From: Nitrosospira multiformis ATCC 25196 | GTDB lineage: Bacteria > Pseudomonadota > Gammaproteobacteria > Burkholderiales > Nitrosomonadaceae | Direction: 5' to 3' | Assembly (NCBI RefSeq): GCF_000196355.1 | Contig: NC_007614.1 | Location: 2,730,001-2,762,000, forward strand | DNA: 32,000 nucleotides | In this document: one piece after another, positions 1 through 9,235 of the stretch | Position numbering within the stretch: the stretch's first letter is position 1 | Layout of the letters: each line of letters opens with the position of its first letter | The notes under the pieces: generated by a model | The model's input: only the letters and a program-made list of their open reading frames with translations | Told to the model about the DNA's origin: nothing | Databases searched by the model: none | Translations under genes and position numbers: made by a program

Positions 1-40
1 CCCTAAGTCTACTATTCCTGCTATTCGTCCAGTATTTCTG

Positions 41-226
41 CTATTTGGTTAAAATGAGCTTACCGTTACGGGTACGCCGCAAGCGATATTGTTCGCCCTG
101 ATGCTGGATAAACACCTCATCACCGTGGGAAAACAGCGCATCGCTATAGATGCATCGAGTCCGATCCAGCATGACGAACTTTTGTTTATCCGCGTTGGTT
201 TCAGGAACTGTGAGTAACTTATCCAT
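41..226 (-). CDS. hemP: HemP-type hemin-uptake small protein (61-aa form of the 94-aa track ORF)
   Basis: The C-terminus ...HGDEVFIQHQGEQYRLRRTRNGKLILTK matches the HemP signature as I remember it (YRLR-T--GKLILTK). The internal Met (ATG 226..224) has GGAAG 7 nt upstream and lies just downstream of a good promoter. The longer ORF would run through that promoter. Confidence 0.7.
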   Translation of the reverse strand: MDKLLTVPETNADKQKFVMLDRTRCIYSDALFSHGDEVFIQHQGEQYRLRRTRNGKLILTK

Positions 227-244
227 GGCGCCGCTTCCGCAGTT

Positions 245-263
245 ATTAATGAGAATGATTCGT
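245..263. promoter_or_regulatory. Candidate Fur box overlapping the hemP -10/transcription start region
   Basis: ATTAATGAGAATGATTCGT matches the 19-bp Fur consensus GATAATGATAATCATTATC at 12 of 19 positions. It lies immediately downstream of the -10. hemP genes are classically iron/Fur regulated. Confidence 0.4.
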
Positions 264-291
264 ATTATAGGCGACTTTGGGTGAAATGCAA
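264..291 (-). promoter_or_regulatory. sigma70-type promoter for hemP: -35 TTGCAT (291..286), 16-nt spacer, -10 TATAAT (269..264)
   Basis: Both hexamers were read directly on the minus strand. The position gives a leader of about 30 nt to ATG 226. Confidence 0.5.
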
Positions 292-544
292 GAAGTGAAT
301 AAAAAATTTTCTTGATATTTTTCAACAGATCGGTCGAAGGATCGCAAGTGATTTGCGTTGACCCCAGGTGTAGAATCAGATACTCCTATCCGGTAGGGTT
401 ATCGTCGGTATAATATCCTCGGTCAGCATATGATTTATTTTCGCATCACACCCTGCAACATCACCATTATTCGCATCCTGCAGGCTCGCATGGATACTTC
501 CCGTCATCTGTAGAACACCCGCGCAAAGCTGTCCTGTGCGCTAA

Positions 545-1366
545 ATGCAAAATTTTTCCATTCTTCCACATGAAATGGCCGCAAGTCTCTGGCGCAACAG
601 AGATTTGATTGTCGCGCTTACCAAACGTGAAGTCATCGGGCGCTACCGCGGCTCTGTCATGGGCATGGCGTGGTCCTTCTTCAACCCATTGCTCATGCTC
701 GTGATTTATACGTTCGTATTTTCAGTGGTGTTCAAGGCGCGCTGGGGAGTGGGTGGAGAAGAAAGCAAAGCAGATTTCGCGATTATTCTTTTTGTCGGCA
801 TGATCGTGCATGGCCTGTTCGCCGAGTGCATCAACCGCGCACCCGCCTTGATCCTGTCGAACGTCAATTACGTGAAAAAAGTCATTTTCCCGCTGGAAAT
901 ACTCCCTTGGGTAGCATTCGGCTCCGCGCTGTTTCACACGGTTATCAGCGTTGGCGTGCTGTTGCTGGCACAGCTCCTTATCAGCCATCAACTGCCCTGG
1001 ACTGTGATCCTTTTTCCCTTGGTCCTGCTTCCGCTCATTTTTATTTCGATGGGCTTTGCCTGGTTCCTGGCAGCCTTTGGCGTATTCGTGCGCGATATCG
1101 GACAGCTCACGGGAATGTTCACCACCGTGCTATTGTTTCTTTCCCCCGTGTTTTACCCCTTGAGCATCCTGCCTGAAAAATACCAGGGTTTATTACAGCT
1201 TAACCCGCTTGCGTTCATCATCGAGGAAGGAAGAAAGGTGCTCGTCTTCGGACAACTGCCGGACTTCGGTCACTGGAGCACCATGATGATTGCCTCCTTG
1301 CTGATGGCATGGGCAGGATTCGCCTGGTTTCAGAAAACCCGCAAGGGATTTGCCGATGTTCTCTGA
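545..1366 (+). CDS. wzm: ABC-2 type polysaccharide export permease (Wzm/KpsM/TagG family)
   Basis: The protein is 273 aa and hydrophobic with about six TM segments. The start of the ABC ATPase gene overlaps its 3' end. Confidence 0.9.
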   Translation: MQNFSILPHEMAASLWRNRDLIVALTKREVIGRYRGSVMGMAWSFFNPLLMLVIYTFVFSVVFKARWGVGGEESKADFAIILFVGMIVHGLFAECINRAPALILSNVNYVKKVIFPLEILPWVAFGSALFHTVISVGVLLLAQLLISHQLPWTVILFPLVLLPLIFISMGFAWFLAAFGVFVRDIGQLTGMFTTVLLFLSPVFYPLSILPEKYQGLLQLNPLAFIIEEGRKVLVFGQLPDFGHWSTMMIASLLMAWAGFAWFQKTRKGFADVL

Positions 1367-2822
1367 AGGAGAAAACGTCGCCAAAGCGACAATCCCGCTC
1401 GCTCTTGAATCAGCGGAGAAGAATCTCGAAACGAGCAACGAAAATGAAAAGGCAAGGAGAAGTTCCAGTGATACCGCCATCAGTGTTCGTGGCATTTCAA
1501 AATGCTACCAAATCTATGACGCACCTCGCGATCGGCTAAAGCAATTCATCATCCCGCGTCTTCGCCTGGCGAGACAACAGTCTCGCCAGTATTTCCGCGA
1601 GTTCTGGGCGCTCAAGGGTATCTCCTTTGAAGTAAGGAAAGGTGAAACGGTAGGCATCATTGGCCGTAATGGATCAGGCAAATCTACGCTATTGCAGATA
1701 ATCTGCGGCACCCTGACGCCGACGGCGGGAAGCGTAGAAACGAGGGGGCGCATTGCCGCCTTGCTGGAGTTAGGCTCCGGCTTCAATCCCGAATTTACGG
1801 GACGTGAAAACATCTACATGAATGGCGCAGTACTTGGATTGACTCGCGAGGAAATCGACGACCGCTTTGACTCGATCGTATCGTTTGCAGACATTGGGCA
1901 GTTCATCGACCAGCCAGTCAAGACCTATTCGAGCGGCATGTCCGTGCGCCTTGCTTTTGCGGTGCAGGCTCAGGTTGATCCGGATATCCTGATCGTGGAC
2001 GAAGCACTCTCCGTGGGAGATGTAAGGTTCCAGGCCAAGTGTTTTGCACGCCTGCAGCAACTGAAAGATAACGGCACCAGCGTGTTGCTGGTCACTCATT
2101 CGAGCGAACAAATCGTCACTCACTGCTCCAGTGCGCTCCTGTTGAATGATGGCATGCAGTTTGAAATTGGCGAACCCCGGCACGTTGTAAACCGCTACCT
2201 CGACCTGCTGTTTGGCAAGGAAAGACGCAACCCCGACTCCCCCCAAGCCCAACCAGGAGATATATTTCAGGAAGACAAAGGATATGCTGAGTCTGCATAT
2301 CAGCTAAGCACTGACAGCGACGTCTTTCAAACCCGCAATGGGTATAACACGCATGAGTATCGGTGGGGTGACGGCACCGCCTCCATTCTGGATTTCTACC
2401 TTGCTGCGAATGGAGAACCCTATCCCTCAGCAATTACCGTGGGACAGACTGTCACCCTTGCAGTATCCATCAAATTCCACAGCGATATGTGGCGGCCCAT
2501 ATTGGGTATCACCATCAAGACCAAGGATGGCGTGACCATATCCGGTACCAACTCGGAGATGGCCGACCTGCTAGACTTGCAGGCGCTCGTAAAGAAAGGA
2601 GCAATTCTGGTTGGCAAATGCAGTTTCCAATGCAGACTCGGTCCGGGTGATTATTTTGTTTCGCTCGGCCTTGCTACACGAGAAAATGACGAAATCATTC
2701 CGCACGATCGGCGTTACGATTCGATACATTTTATAGTTGAGCCACACAATAAATTCCATGGCTTGGCTGACCTCGCTCTTGACCTCTCGATTTCCCATAT
2801 AGTCGAATCAAATCAGATCTGA
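1356..2822 (+). CDS. wzt: Polysaccharide export ABC ATPase (Wzt/TagH family) with a C-terminal extension of about 165 aa (Wzt_C-like putative glycan-terminus-binding domain)
   Basis: It has Walker A GRNGSGKST, signature YSSGMSVRLAF and Walker B ILIVDEAL. A non-ABC, beta-rich tail follows the NBD (YRWGDGTASILDFYL...VSLGLAT...). ATG 1356 has AGGGA upstream; the track start at 1350 is a TTG. Confidence 0.9.
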   Translation: MFSEGENVAKATIPLALESAEKNLETSNENEKARRSSSDTAISVRGISKCYQIYDAPRDRLKQFIIPRLRLARQQSRQYFREFWALKGISFEVRKGETVGIIGRNGSGKSTLLQIICGTLTPTAGSVETRGRIAALLELGSGFNPEFTGRENIYMNGAVLGLTREEIDDRFDSIVSFADIGQFIDQPVKTYSSGMSVRLAFAVQAQVDPDILIVDEALSVGDVRFQAKCFARLQQLKDNGTSVLLVTHSSEQIVTHCSSALLLNDGMQFEIGEPRHVVNRYLDLLFGKERRNPDSPQAQPGDIFQEDKGYAESAYQLSTDSDVFQTRNGYNTHEYRWGDGTASILDFYLAANGEPYPSAITVGQTVTLAVSIKFHSDMWRPILGITIKTKDGVTISGTNSEMADLLDLQALVKKGAILVGKCSFQCRLGPGDYFVSLGLATRENDEIIPHDRRYDSIHFIVEPHNKFHGLADLALDLSISHIVESNQI

Positions 2823-2865
2823 CGTTATCCCAAACTTTGCAAGCGACTGTTCATACTTGGTTTTT

Positions 2866-5856
2866 ATGAAAAACCTCTCGCCAACTTATGTATTCGACAT
2901 CCAGGAACAACTCTGGTCTCGTCCAGGGTATGGCGGTATTAACTACAGCGATGGGGATGACATCGAGTTGCAGATAGCGAAAGTGATCGCGGAGGCGGCA
3001 GATATTACTGTCCTTTCAAGGGAACTGCGACAACATTGCACTGATTGGCCTTTTCTCTACCATTTGTCCGCGAGCCGTGCGAATATCTTGCGCCCATTTG
3101 CAACCACTCTAACCGGCGACATTCTGGAAATTGGCGCGGGTTGTGGCGCAATCACACGCTATCTCGGTGAGGCTGGTGCAAATATCCTGGCCTTAGAGGG
3201 AAGCCCAAGACGGGCCGCTATTGCTCGTTCCAGAACCCGGGATCTCGAAAACGTAACGGTACTGGCGGAAAAATTCGACCAGTTTGAATGTGACCATCAA
3301 TTTGATTTAATCACTCTCATTGGCGTACTTGAGTACGCCAATCTCTTCACGACTGGCGAGAATCCAGCCCTTGCCATGCTCCAGCGCGTCCGGTCTTTAC
3401 TCAAGCCGGAAGGCACACTGATACTCGCCATCGAAAACCAGTTGGGCTTGAAATATTTTGCTGGCGCATTGGAAGATCATATCGGCCAGCCCATGTACGG
3501 GATCGAGGGGCGATACACCCGGAATCAACCCCAAACATTTGGTCGAATGGTTCTGTCGAATCTGATGAAAGAAGCCGGTTTCACCACCATCGAGTTTTTG
3601 GCTCCATTTCCGGATTACAAGCTGCCCGTTTCGATTTTGACTGAAGAAGGCCTTTCTAGTAAGGAGTTTGATGGTGCGGCATTGGCTTGGCAAAGCGTAA
3701 GGCGAGATCACCAACTCCCCTTAAGCACGAACTTTTCCATAGAAATGGTTTGGCTCGAGGTATTCAAGAACGGATTGGCTTTGGATATGGCTAATTCTTT
3801 CTTGCTTGCAGCATCGCCGCTTCAACAAAAGATCGTTAAAGCGGGCATTCTAGGGTACCACTACAGTACTGATAGGATCCCTCAATATTGCAAAGAAACG
3901 ATTTTTCAGCGTATTGAAAATAGCACCACGGTCAATTATCGGATGTTAGGTAGTAGTCTTTTGGATAATCGGACAGACCAAGTCATTAAATTCGCATGTC
4001 CGGACAGAGCAATCTATGCAGAAGGATTTCCCTTGTCTCTAGAGTTTACACGACTGCTTACGAGCGACGGCTGGTCAATGAGCGGGGTTGGACTCCTTAT
4101 TCACCGCTATATTGGTTTGCTCGAATTCATTGCGAATCAAAAAGGGCACGCGTGGGACAAACCTTTACCACATAGGTTGCCCGGCGAATTTTTCGACATG
4201 GTCCCACAAAATATCATTATCGATAAAAATGGAGAACCTGTTTCCATAGATACAGAATGGGTATTGAAAAATGGTATTGAGGCTGGCTGGCTTCTATTTC
4301 GCTCTTTGCTGTTGACGATTGATTCGATCATGTGTTTTGGCAGAAATTTAGCAGAACAAAAATTTTCACGAAGGGAATTTATCATATCAGCCCTCGATGC
4401 AGCAGGATTCGCACTCACCAATGAAGATTTCCAGCGATTTATTGAATTGGAGGCCGATGTACAGCAGGAGGTAACAGGGCGTCCTTCGCATGAATTCGTA
4501 AACTGGCGGCCAGAACACCCATTGCCGACCTATTCTCCGGTTAAGCATGGCGGAGAAATTGGCGCCTTGCAGAGCGAAGTTGGCGTGGCGTGGCGTGAGA
4601 TTGATATGATGCGTGATGAAATCGATGTGGCAAGGGCGAAAATCGAAATGCTGCACGAAGAACTCGATGCGTTATATCGCTCAACTTCTTGGAGGATTAC
4701 CGCGCCTCTTCGGGGTATGCGGCGACTTATTACCCGATTCGCAGACAGACCGAGTCCTTTAAGTCTAGCCCGTGCTACTCTGAAACACGGAACGGAATGC
4801 TATCAGACAAAGTTGCTAGCTGATCCACAAGTGTCGAGGCAACGCATCGTACACGTAATTGGCAACTTTCTTACTGGCGGTTCGTCCAGACTGGTGGTCG
4901 ATTTATTTGAGCGTCTCGGTCACCTCTATGAACAGGAGGTCGTCACTCAATATAACCCTGATCCCCCTAACTATACGGGGATTCCGATCCACGAATTTTC
5001 CGGTGGAGACGCTTGGGATAAATTTATAACCTACTTGCGATTGTACCGGCCTGATCTTGTTCACGTGCACTATTGGGAGGATCCACACTGGTACGGAACG
5101 ATGATAAAGGCGGCCCGTGAATTCGGCTGCAAGATAATACAAAACGTCAACACTCCAACTGCTCCTTATATGGACAGTTGTATCAGCCGCTACATATATG
5201 TCAGTGACTACGTAAAAACCCGGTTTGGAAAGAGGGATCAGCCGAGCATTACGATCTACCCGGGCAGCAACTTCAAATTATTTTCGAGAGATAAATCTCG
5301 ACCAGTACCTGACGATTGCATCGGCATGGTTTATAGGCTGGATATCGATAAACTCCATAGGAAATCGATTGATGTTTTCATAAAGGTTGTCCAGAAAAGG
5401 CCGCAGACAAAAGTAATTATTGTTGGCGGGGGGCCCTACCTGGAGCCTTATAAAGCGGCGGTCAAGGCGGGGAAAGTTGAACATGCTTTTACTTTTACGG
5501 GTTTTGTTCCTTATGAAAGCCTGATCGGGTTCTATGCCCGGATGAGCCTTTTTGTGGCTCCCGTCTGGAAAGAAAGCTTTGGGCAGGTCGGTCCCTTTGC
5601 TATGAGCATGGGCTTGCCAGTGGTGGGCTACAATGTCGGCGCCTTGGCGGAGATCGTGGGCGACTGCGGTCTTCTTGCCCCACGAGGCAACAGCGAAGCG
5701 CTAGCCGAAATCATTATCGGCCTGCTGGATGATAAGGAGCGCCGTGAACAAATAGGCTCCCGTAATCGGGATCGGGCTCACAAATTATTTTCCGTCGAAA
5801 ACATGGTAAATGACTACCTCAAGCTGTACCAGGAGCTAATAGGCAACACCCAATGA
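2866..5856 (+). CDS. Multidomain protein: class I SAM methyltransferase, kinase-like segment, coiled coil, GT4 glycosyltransferase (WbdD-like chain terminator/ruler candidate fused to a GT)
   Basis: SAM motif I is LEIGAGCGAITRYLG. FFDMVPQNIIIDKNGEPVSIDTEW (4195-4260) resembles a kinase-like catalytic loop plus metal-binding ID-x-E. A heptad-rich EIDMMRDEIDVARAKIEMLHEELDALYRSTSWRITAPLR lies at about 4550-4713. The C-terminal GT-B/GT4 region includes ...KESFGQVGPFAMSMGLPVVGYNVGALAEIV. The start is uncertain (ATG 2866 or TTG 2857). Confidence 0.85.
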   Translation: MKNLSPTYVFDIQEQLWSRPGYGGINYSDGDDIELQIAKVIAEAADITVLSRELRQHCTDWPFLYHLSASRANILRPFATTLTGDILEIGAGCGAITRYLGEAGANILALEGSPRRAAIARSRTRDLENVTVLAEKFDQFECDHQFDLITLIGVLEYANLFTTGENPALAMLQRVRSLLKPEGTLILAIENQLGLKYFAGALEDHIGQPMYGIEGRYTRNQPQTFGRMVLSNLMKEAGFTTIEFLAPFPDYKLPVSILTEEGLSSKEFDGAALAWQSVRRDHQLPLSTNFSIEMVWLEVFKNGLALDMANSFLLAASPLQQKIVKAGILGYHYSTDRIPQYCKETIFQRIENSTTVNYRMLGSSLLDNRTDQVIKFACPDRAIYAEGFPLSLEFTRLLTSDGWSMSGVGLLIHRYIGLLEFIANQKGHAWDKPLPHRLPGEFFDMVPQNIIIDKNGEPVSIDTEWVLKNGIEAGWLLFRSLLLTIDSIMCFGRNLAEQKFSRREFIISALDAAGFALTNEDFQRFIELEADVQQEVTGRPSHEFVNWRPEHPLPTYSPVKHGGEIGALQSEVGVAWREIDMMRDEIDVARAKIEMLHEELDALYRSTSWRITAPLRGMRRLITRFADRPSPLSLARATLKHGTECYQTKLLADPQVSRQRIVHVIGNFLTGGSSRLVVDLFERLGHLYEQEVVTQYNPDPPNYTGIPIHEFSGGDAWDKFITYLRLYRPDLVHVHYWEDPHWYGTMIKAAREFGCKIIQNVNTPTAPYMDSCISRYIYVSDYVKTRFGKRDQPSITIYPGSNFKLFSRDKSRPVPDDCIGMVYRLDIDKLHRKSIDVFIKVVQKRPQTKVIIVGGGPYLEPYKAAVKAGKVEHAFTFTGFVPYESLIGFYARMSLFVAPVWKESFGQVGPFAMSMGLPVVGYNVGALAEIVGDCGLLAPRGNSEALAEIIIGLLDDKERREQIGSRNRDRAHKLFSVENMVNDYLKLYQELIGNTQ

Positions 5857-7211
5857 AGGTAGCATTGTATGTTCACTGTTTCTTTCCGGGACATTATCAT
5901 GGGACGGAAACTTATACGTTGGCTCTTGCGGAAAACCTGAAAAAGCTTGGCCATGAACCCGTGGTAGTGAGCGCCATATTCGAGGGAGAAAAAAAAGCCA
6001 AAAGCCTTATCACACGTTACGACTACAACGGCATCCCTGTCTATTGCATAGACAAGAATCATATCCCTCAAATGAGTTTGAGGGATACGTATTATCAACC
6101 CGAGCTGCGGCACATCCACGCAAATCTGCTTCACGAATTGCAGCCTGATATCGTTCATGTCACTCATCTGCTTAACCATACGGCGATCCTGCTGGATGTG
6201 ATCAAGGATTTGGAGATACCCGCTGTCGCAACTTTTACCGATTTCTTTGGTTTTTGCATGAACGTGAAATTGGAAGGGGCGAATGGCGACTTGTGCAAAG
6301 GCCCTAACTCAGAACGAACGAACTGCTTCACCTGTTGCGCCAAGGCCGGCATCAAACGGGCATATCCCGCAATGAGTGAACAACGCTTCAATAAATTGGC
6401 TTCCCTGCTCCGGCTAGGCTGCATTTCATTTAATGCTGTACATAGGCTGCCGGTACTAAGGCGCAGTCAATTATCCAGCCAGCTAGAGGTGATAAAGGTG
6501 CGCCCTGAGCTCTTGTCAGAACGTTACAGTCTCTATCGGGCCGTCATTGCCCCCACGCGATTCCTGCAATCTGCTTATGAGGCCAACGGGTTTACCTCGG
6601 TTCCTATCCACAAAATTCACTTTGGCGTTGATCTGGACCGGAAACCAAAGCCGGGGCGGTCGGGGTCAGCGCCTACCCGTTTTGGTTTTATTGGACAGAT
6701 TGCGCCGCACAAGGGAACAGCTTTGCTGGTGGAAGCCTTCTGCCGGTTACCGGCAGGTCAAGGCGAACTACATATTTATGGATCAGAGAGCCAGCATCCT
6801 GCCTATTTCCAGGCTCTGAAGCAGCATTGCGCCGGTTTCGCGGTCTACTTTCATGGCACTTTTCCAACTGGCCAAATAAGACCTGTTCTGGATGAAATGG
6901 ATTTTTTGGTCATTCCTTCCACGTGGTATGAAAATAGCCCGCTCGTACTGCTCAACGCGCTTGCCAGCCATACCCCAGTGATCGTATCCGACGTCGAAGG
7001 CCTGACGGAGTTTTTGCAACCGGATGTAAACGGCTACAAGTTTGCTCGGGGCGATGTGGATGACCTGGAGCGAGTGATGCTCCAGGTCATCACCAGCAAA
7101 GAAAATATGCACAGGCTCATCCATTCCACCAATTATCCAAAGACCAGCATGAGCATGACAGAAGAGGTTCTGGAAGTTTATTCTTCGATCCTAAAAGAGA
7201 AGATTGCATGA
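5853..7211 (+). CDS. Glycosyltransferase family 4 (GT-B fold)
   Basis: The N-terminus MKVALYVHCFFPGHYHGTETY and the C-terminal YENSPLVLLNALASHTPVIVSDVEGLTEFLQPDVNGYKF are typical of group-1 GTs. The start forms an ATGA overlap with the upstream stop. Confidence 0.85.
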   Translation: MKVALYVHCFFPGHYHGTETYTLALAENLKKLGHEPVVVSAIFEGEKKAKSLITRYDYNGIPVYCIDKNHIPQMSLRDTYYQPELRHIHANLLHELQPDIVHVTHLLNHTAILLDVIKDLEIPAVATFTDFFGFCMNVKLEGANGDLCKGPNSERTNCFTCCAKAGIKRAYPAMSEQRFNKLASLLRLGCISFNAVHRLPVLRRSQLSSQLEVIKVRPELLSERYSLYRAVIAPTRFLQSAYEANGFTSVPIHKIHFGVDLDRKPKPGRSGSAPTRFGFIGQIAPHKGTALLVEAFCRLPAGQGELHIYGSESQHPAYFQALKQHCAGFAVYFHGTFPTGQIRPVLDEMDFLVIPSTWYENSPLVLLNALASHTPVIVSDVEGLTEFLQPDVNGYKFARGDVDDLERVMLQVITSKENMHRLIHSTNYPKTSMSMTEEVLEVYSSILKEKIA

Positions 7212-8098
7212 ATTACGAAGAAGGTTGCAGAATGCCAATTGATGAGTGGTTGGTGTTAAATCGCATCGGGATATTTGAAAATCCGTCTTTACGCCGCTAC
7301 GTCAGTCCTTTTCCCCCACCTGAATTAATGGGTATCACTTCTGGTTTGCAGTCCGAAACAGGTTTTGCTGCCCACGGGGCGGACATTTACGCTGCACTGG
7401 CACTCGCCTCGACCATACCAATTACCGAATATCGCCATATCCTGGATTTTGGCTGCGGTTGCGGGCGGCTTGCTCGCATGCTTAAAGGCCACCCCCACAA
7501 GATTTCGGGCTGCGACATCGATCTTCGCCACGTGAAGTGGATCGGCCAAAGCCTGGATTTCATGAATGTGAAGCTTTCATCCGTCAGACCGCCGATTCCC
7601 TTTGCTGATGACGAGATGGACGCTGTCATTTCAGTCTCGATTTTCACCCACCTGACGGAAAACAGTCAGGATGACTTTCTTGCTGAGTTATTTCGCGTAA
7701 CACGCCCCGGCGGAACATTATTTCTGACCGTACATGGTGCGCAGGCTCTTAAAAGAGCATGTCACGAGCAACCCATTCGGCACATGCTCGATATGGATGA
7801 AGGACGATTTAGAAAAGCCCAGCAAGCGTTCAACCAAAACAAGCACGGTTTCGTCCTTCAATTTGGACACCTTACGACCAAGCCTGAAAAAGCATTTTAC
7901 ACACCCCGCGCCATTTTCAGACGGATACGCGACTCCTTTTCACGAAAAACGATAAATATGCCCTTCGAATATGGAATTGCGTTTCATCCGGAATCATATA
8001 TTCGGGAACACTGGAGCAAATGGTTCGATATTTTGGATTACCGTCATGGCGCAATTCACCAGTTTCAGGATATTGTTGTCCTTTCGCCGAAAAAATGA
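7208..8098 (+). CDS. Class I SAM-dependent methyltransferase
   Basis: Motif I is ILDFGCGCGRLARML. MDAVISVSIFTHL and RPGGTLFLTVHG follow it. The start forms an ATGA overlap with the upstream gene. Confidence 0.85.
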   Translation: MNYEEGCRMPIDEWLVLNRIGIFENPSLRRYVSPFPPPELMGITSGLQSETGFAAHGADIYAALALASTIPITEYRHILDFGCGCGRLARMLKGHPHKISGCDIDLRHVKWIGQSLDFMNVKLSSVRPPIPFADDEMDAVISVSIFTHLTENSQDDFLAELFRVTRPGGTLFLTVHGAQALKRACHEQPIRHMLDMDEGRFRKAQQAFNQNKHGFVLQFGHLTTKPEKAFYTPRAIFRRIRDSFSRKTINMPFEYGIAFHPESYIREHWSKWFDILDYRHGAIHQFQDIVVLSPKK

Positions 8099-8233
8099 AC
8101 TCCCGTTCCTGCCTTGAGCATAAATTAGTGGTGTTCCTCTCCCGCCGATCATAGGATTGAATGAAGACTTGCACTTCGTGAACCCCCTCGCGTCCCAGCC
8201 TTTTGACGCATCAATCGCACAGTCTGAGCCGTA

Positions 8234-9202
8234 ATGGCGGTAGCCGCCGTCACAGTCATCGTCGTCAACTGGAACAGCGGCAATCTGCTAAATGAATGTC
8301 TGTCACGGTTGAACCGGCAGACGCTTTTACCGGCGCGAATACTGGTCATGGATAATGGAAGTACAGACGGCTCGGCCTTATGCGCCCAGACAGCACCTGG
8401 AGTTACCTTACGAATGCTCGGCCGCAATCTAGGTTTTGCAGCGGCGAATAATCAGGCCCTGGATGAATGCGATACCGATCTTGTCGCCTTGCTCAATCCG
8501 GACGCCTTCCCTGAACCTGACTGGCTATTACGACTGGTCGCTGCAGCAGCGGCTCATCCTGATATCGCCGCCTTTGGCTCACGGCAAATGATGCATGGCT
8601 TCGCATCTACTCTGGACGGTATTGGCGACGTCTATCACATTTCCGGTCGAGTCTGGCGTAAAGGCCACGGTCTCATGCAGTTTGCCGCTGCTCATATTGC
8701 TGACAAAATCTTCTCTCCCTGTGCTGGAGCAGCTCTCTATCGCCGGGAGGCTTTAGCAGAAGTAGGTGGATTTGATGAAGACTATTTTTGCTATATCGAA
8801 GATATAGACTTGGGATTTCGTCTACAACTCGCTGGATATTCATGTTTATATGTCCCGGATGCCGTAGTGCATCACATCGGATCGGCAAGCTCTGGCGGGA
8901 AACACAGCGATTTTTCGGTGTATCACGGTCACCGCAATTTAGTTTGGACGTTTGTCAAGAATATGCCTGGATTACTGTTTTGGCTGTTGCTCCCTCTTCA
9001 TGTGCTGCTGAACCTGGGTACCTTAGTATTGTTCACCGGAAATGGACAAGGCAGGGTTATTTGGCGGGCCAAGTGGGATGCCATCAGGGGATTGCCGAGA
9101 ATGTGGAAGAAACGCACACAGATCCAGACCCGACGAATTGCCACTCCTCTTGAAATCTGGAGACTTTTAGACAAGCGTTTACTTTTTAAAAAGAAGATCT
9201 AA
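8234..9202 (+). CDS. Glycosyltransferase family 2 (WbbL/rhamnosyltransferase-like GT-A)
   Basis: Motifs seen are VIVVNWNSG, DNGSTDGS, NLGFAAANN, LNPDAFP and DEDYFCYIEDIDLGFR. C-terminal hydrophobic helices are present. Confidence 0.85.
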   Translation: MAVAAVTVIVVNWNSGNLLNECLSRLNRQTLLPARILVMDNGSTDGSALCAQTAPGVTLRMLGRNLGFAAANNQALDECDTDLVALLNPDAFPEPDWLLRLVAAAAAHPDIAAFGSRQMMHGFASTLDGIGDVYHISGRVWRKGHGLMQFAAAHIADKIFSPCAGAALYRREALAEVGGFDEDYFCYIEDIDLGFRLQLAGYSCLYVPDAVVHHIGSASSGGKHSDFSVYHGHRNLVWTFVKNMPGLLFWLLLPLHVLLNLGTLVLFTGNGQGRVIWRAKWDAIRGLPRMWKKRTQIQTRRIATPLEIWRLLDKRLLFKKKI

Positions 9203-9235
9203 GGCAATAAGGTTGCTCATTTCATACGAGGTGCC

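Noticed and set aside
367-376. The 10-mer GGTGTAGAAT occurs both upstream of wzm (367-376) and upstream of hrcA (30891-30900).
   Set aside because: Hundreds of shared 10-mer pairs are expected by chance in a 32-kb window, and the flanks are not similar.
670-1176. A 168-aa ORF in an alternative plus-strand frame inside wzm. Many 60-130-aa ORFs nested in other genes across the window are of the same kind.
   Set aside because: They are fully embedded in genes with clear family signatures. They have no SD or motif support and biased composition.
8236-8243. An exact ops/JUMPStart core 8-mer GGCGGTAG on the coding strand at the start of the first GT2 gene. A 6/8 partial (CCGGTAG) lies at 390-396 in the wzm leader.
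   Set aside because: An 8-mer is expected about once by chance in 64 kb of two-strand sequence. This copy lies inside codons 1-4 (ATG GCG GTA GCC) rather than in a leader. I cannot show that an RfaH-type factor exists in this organism.
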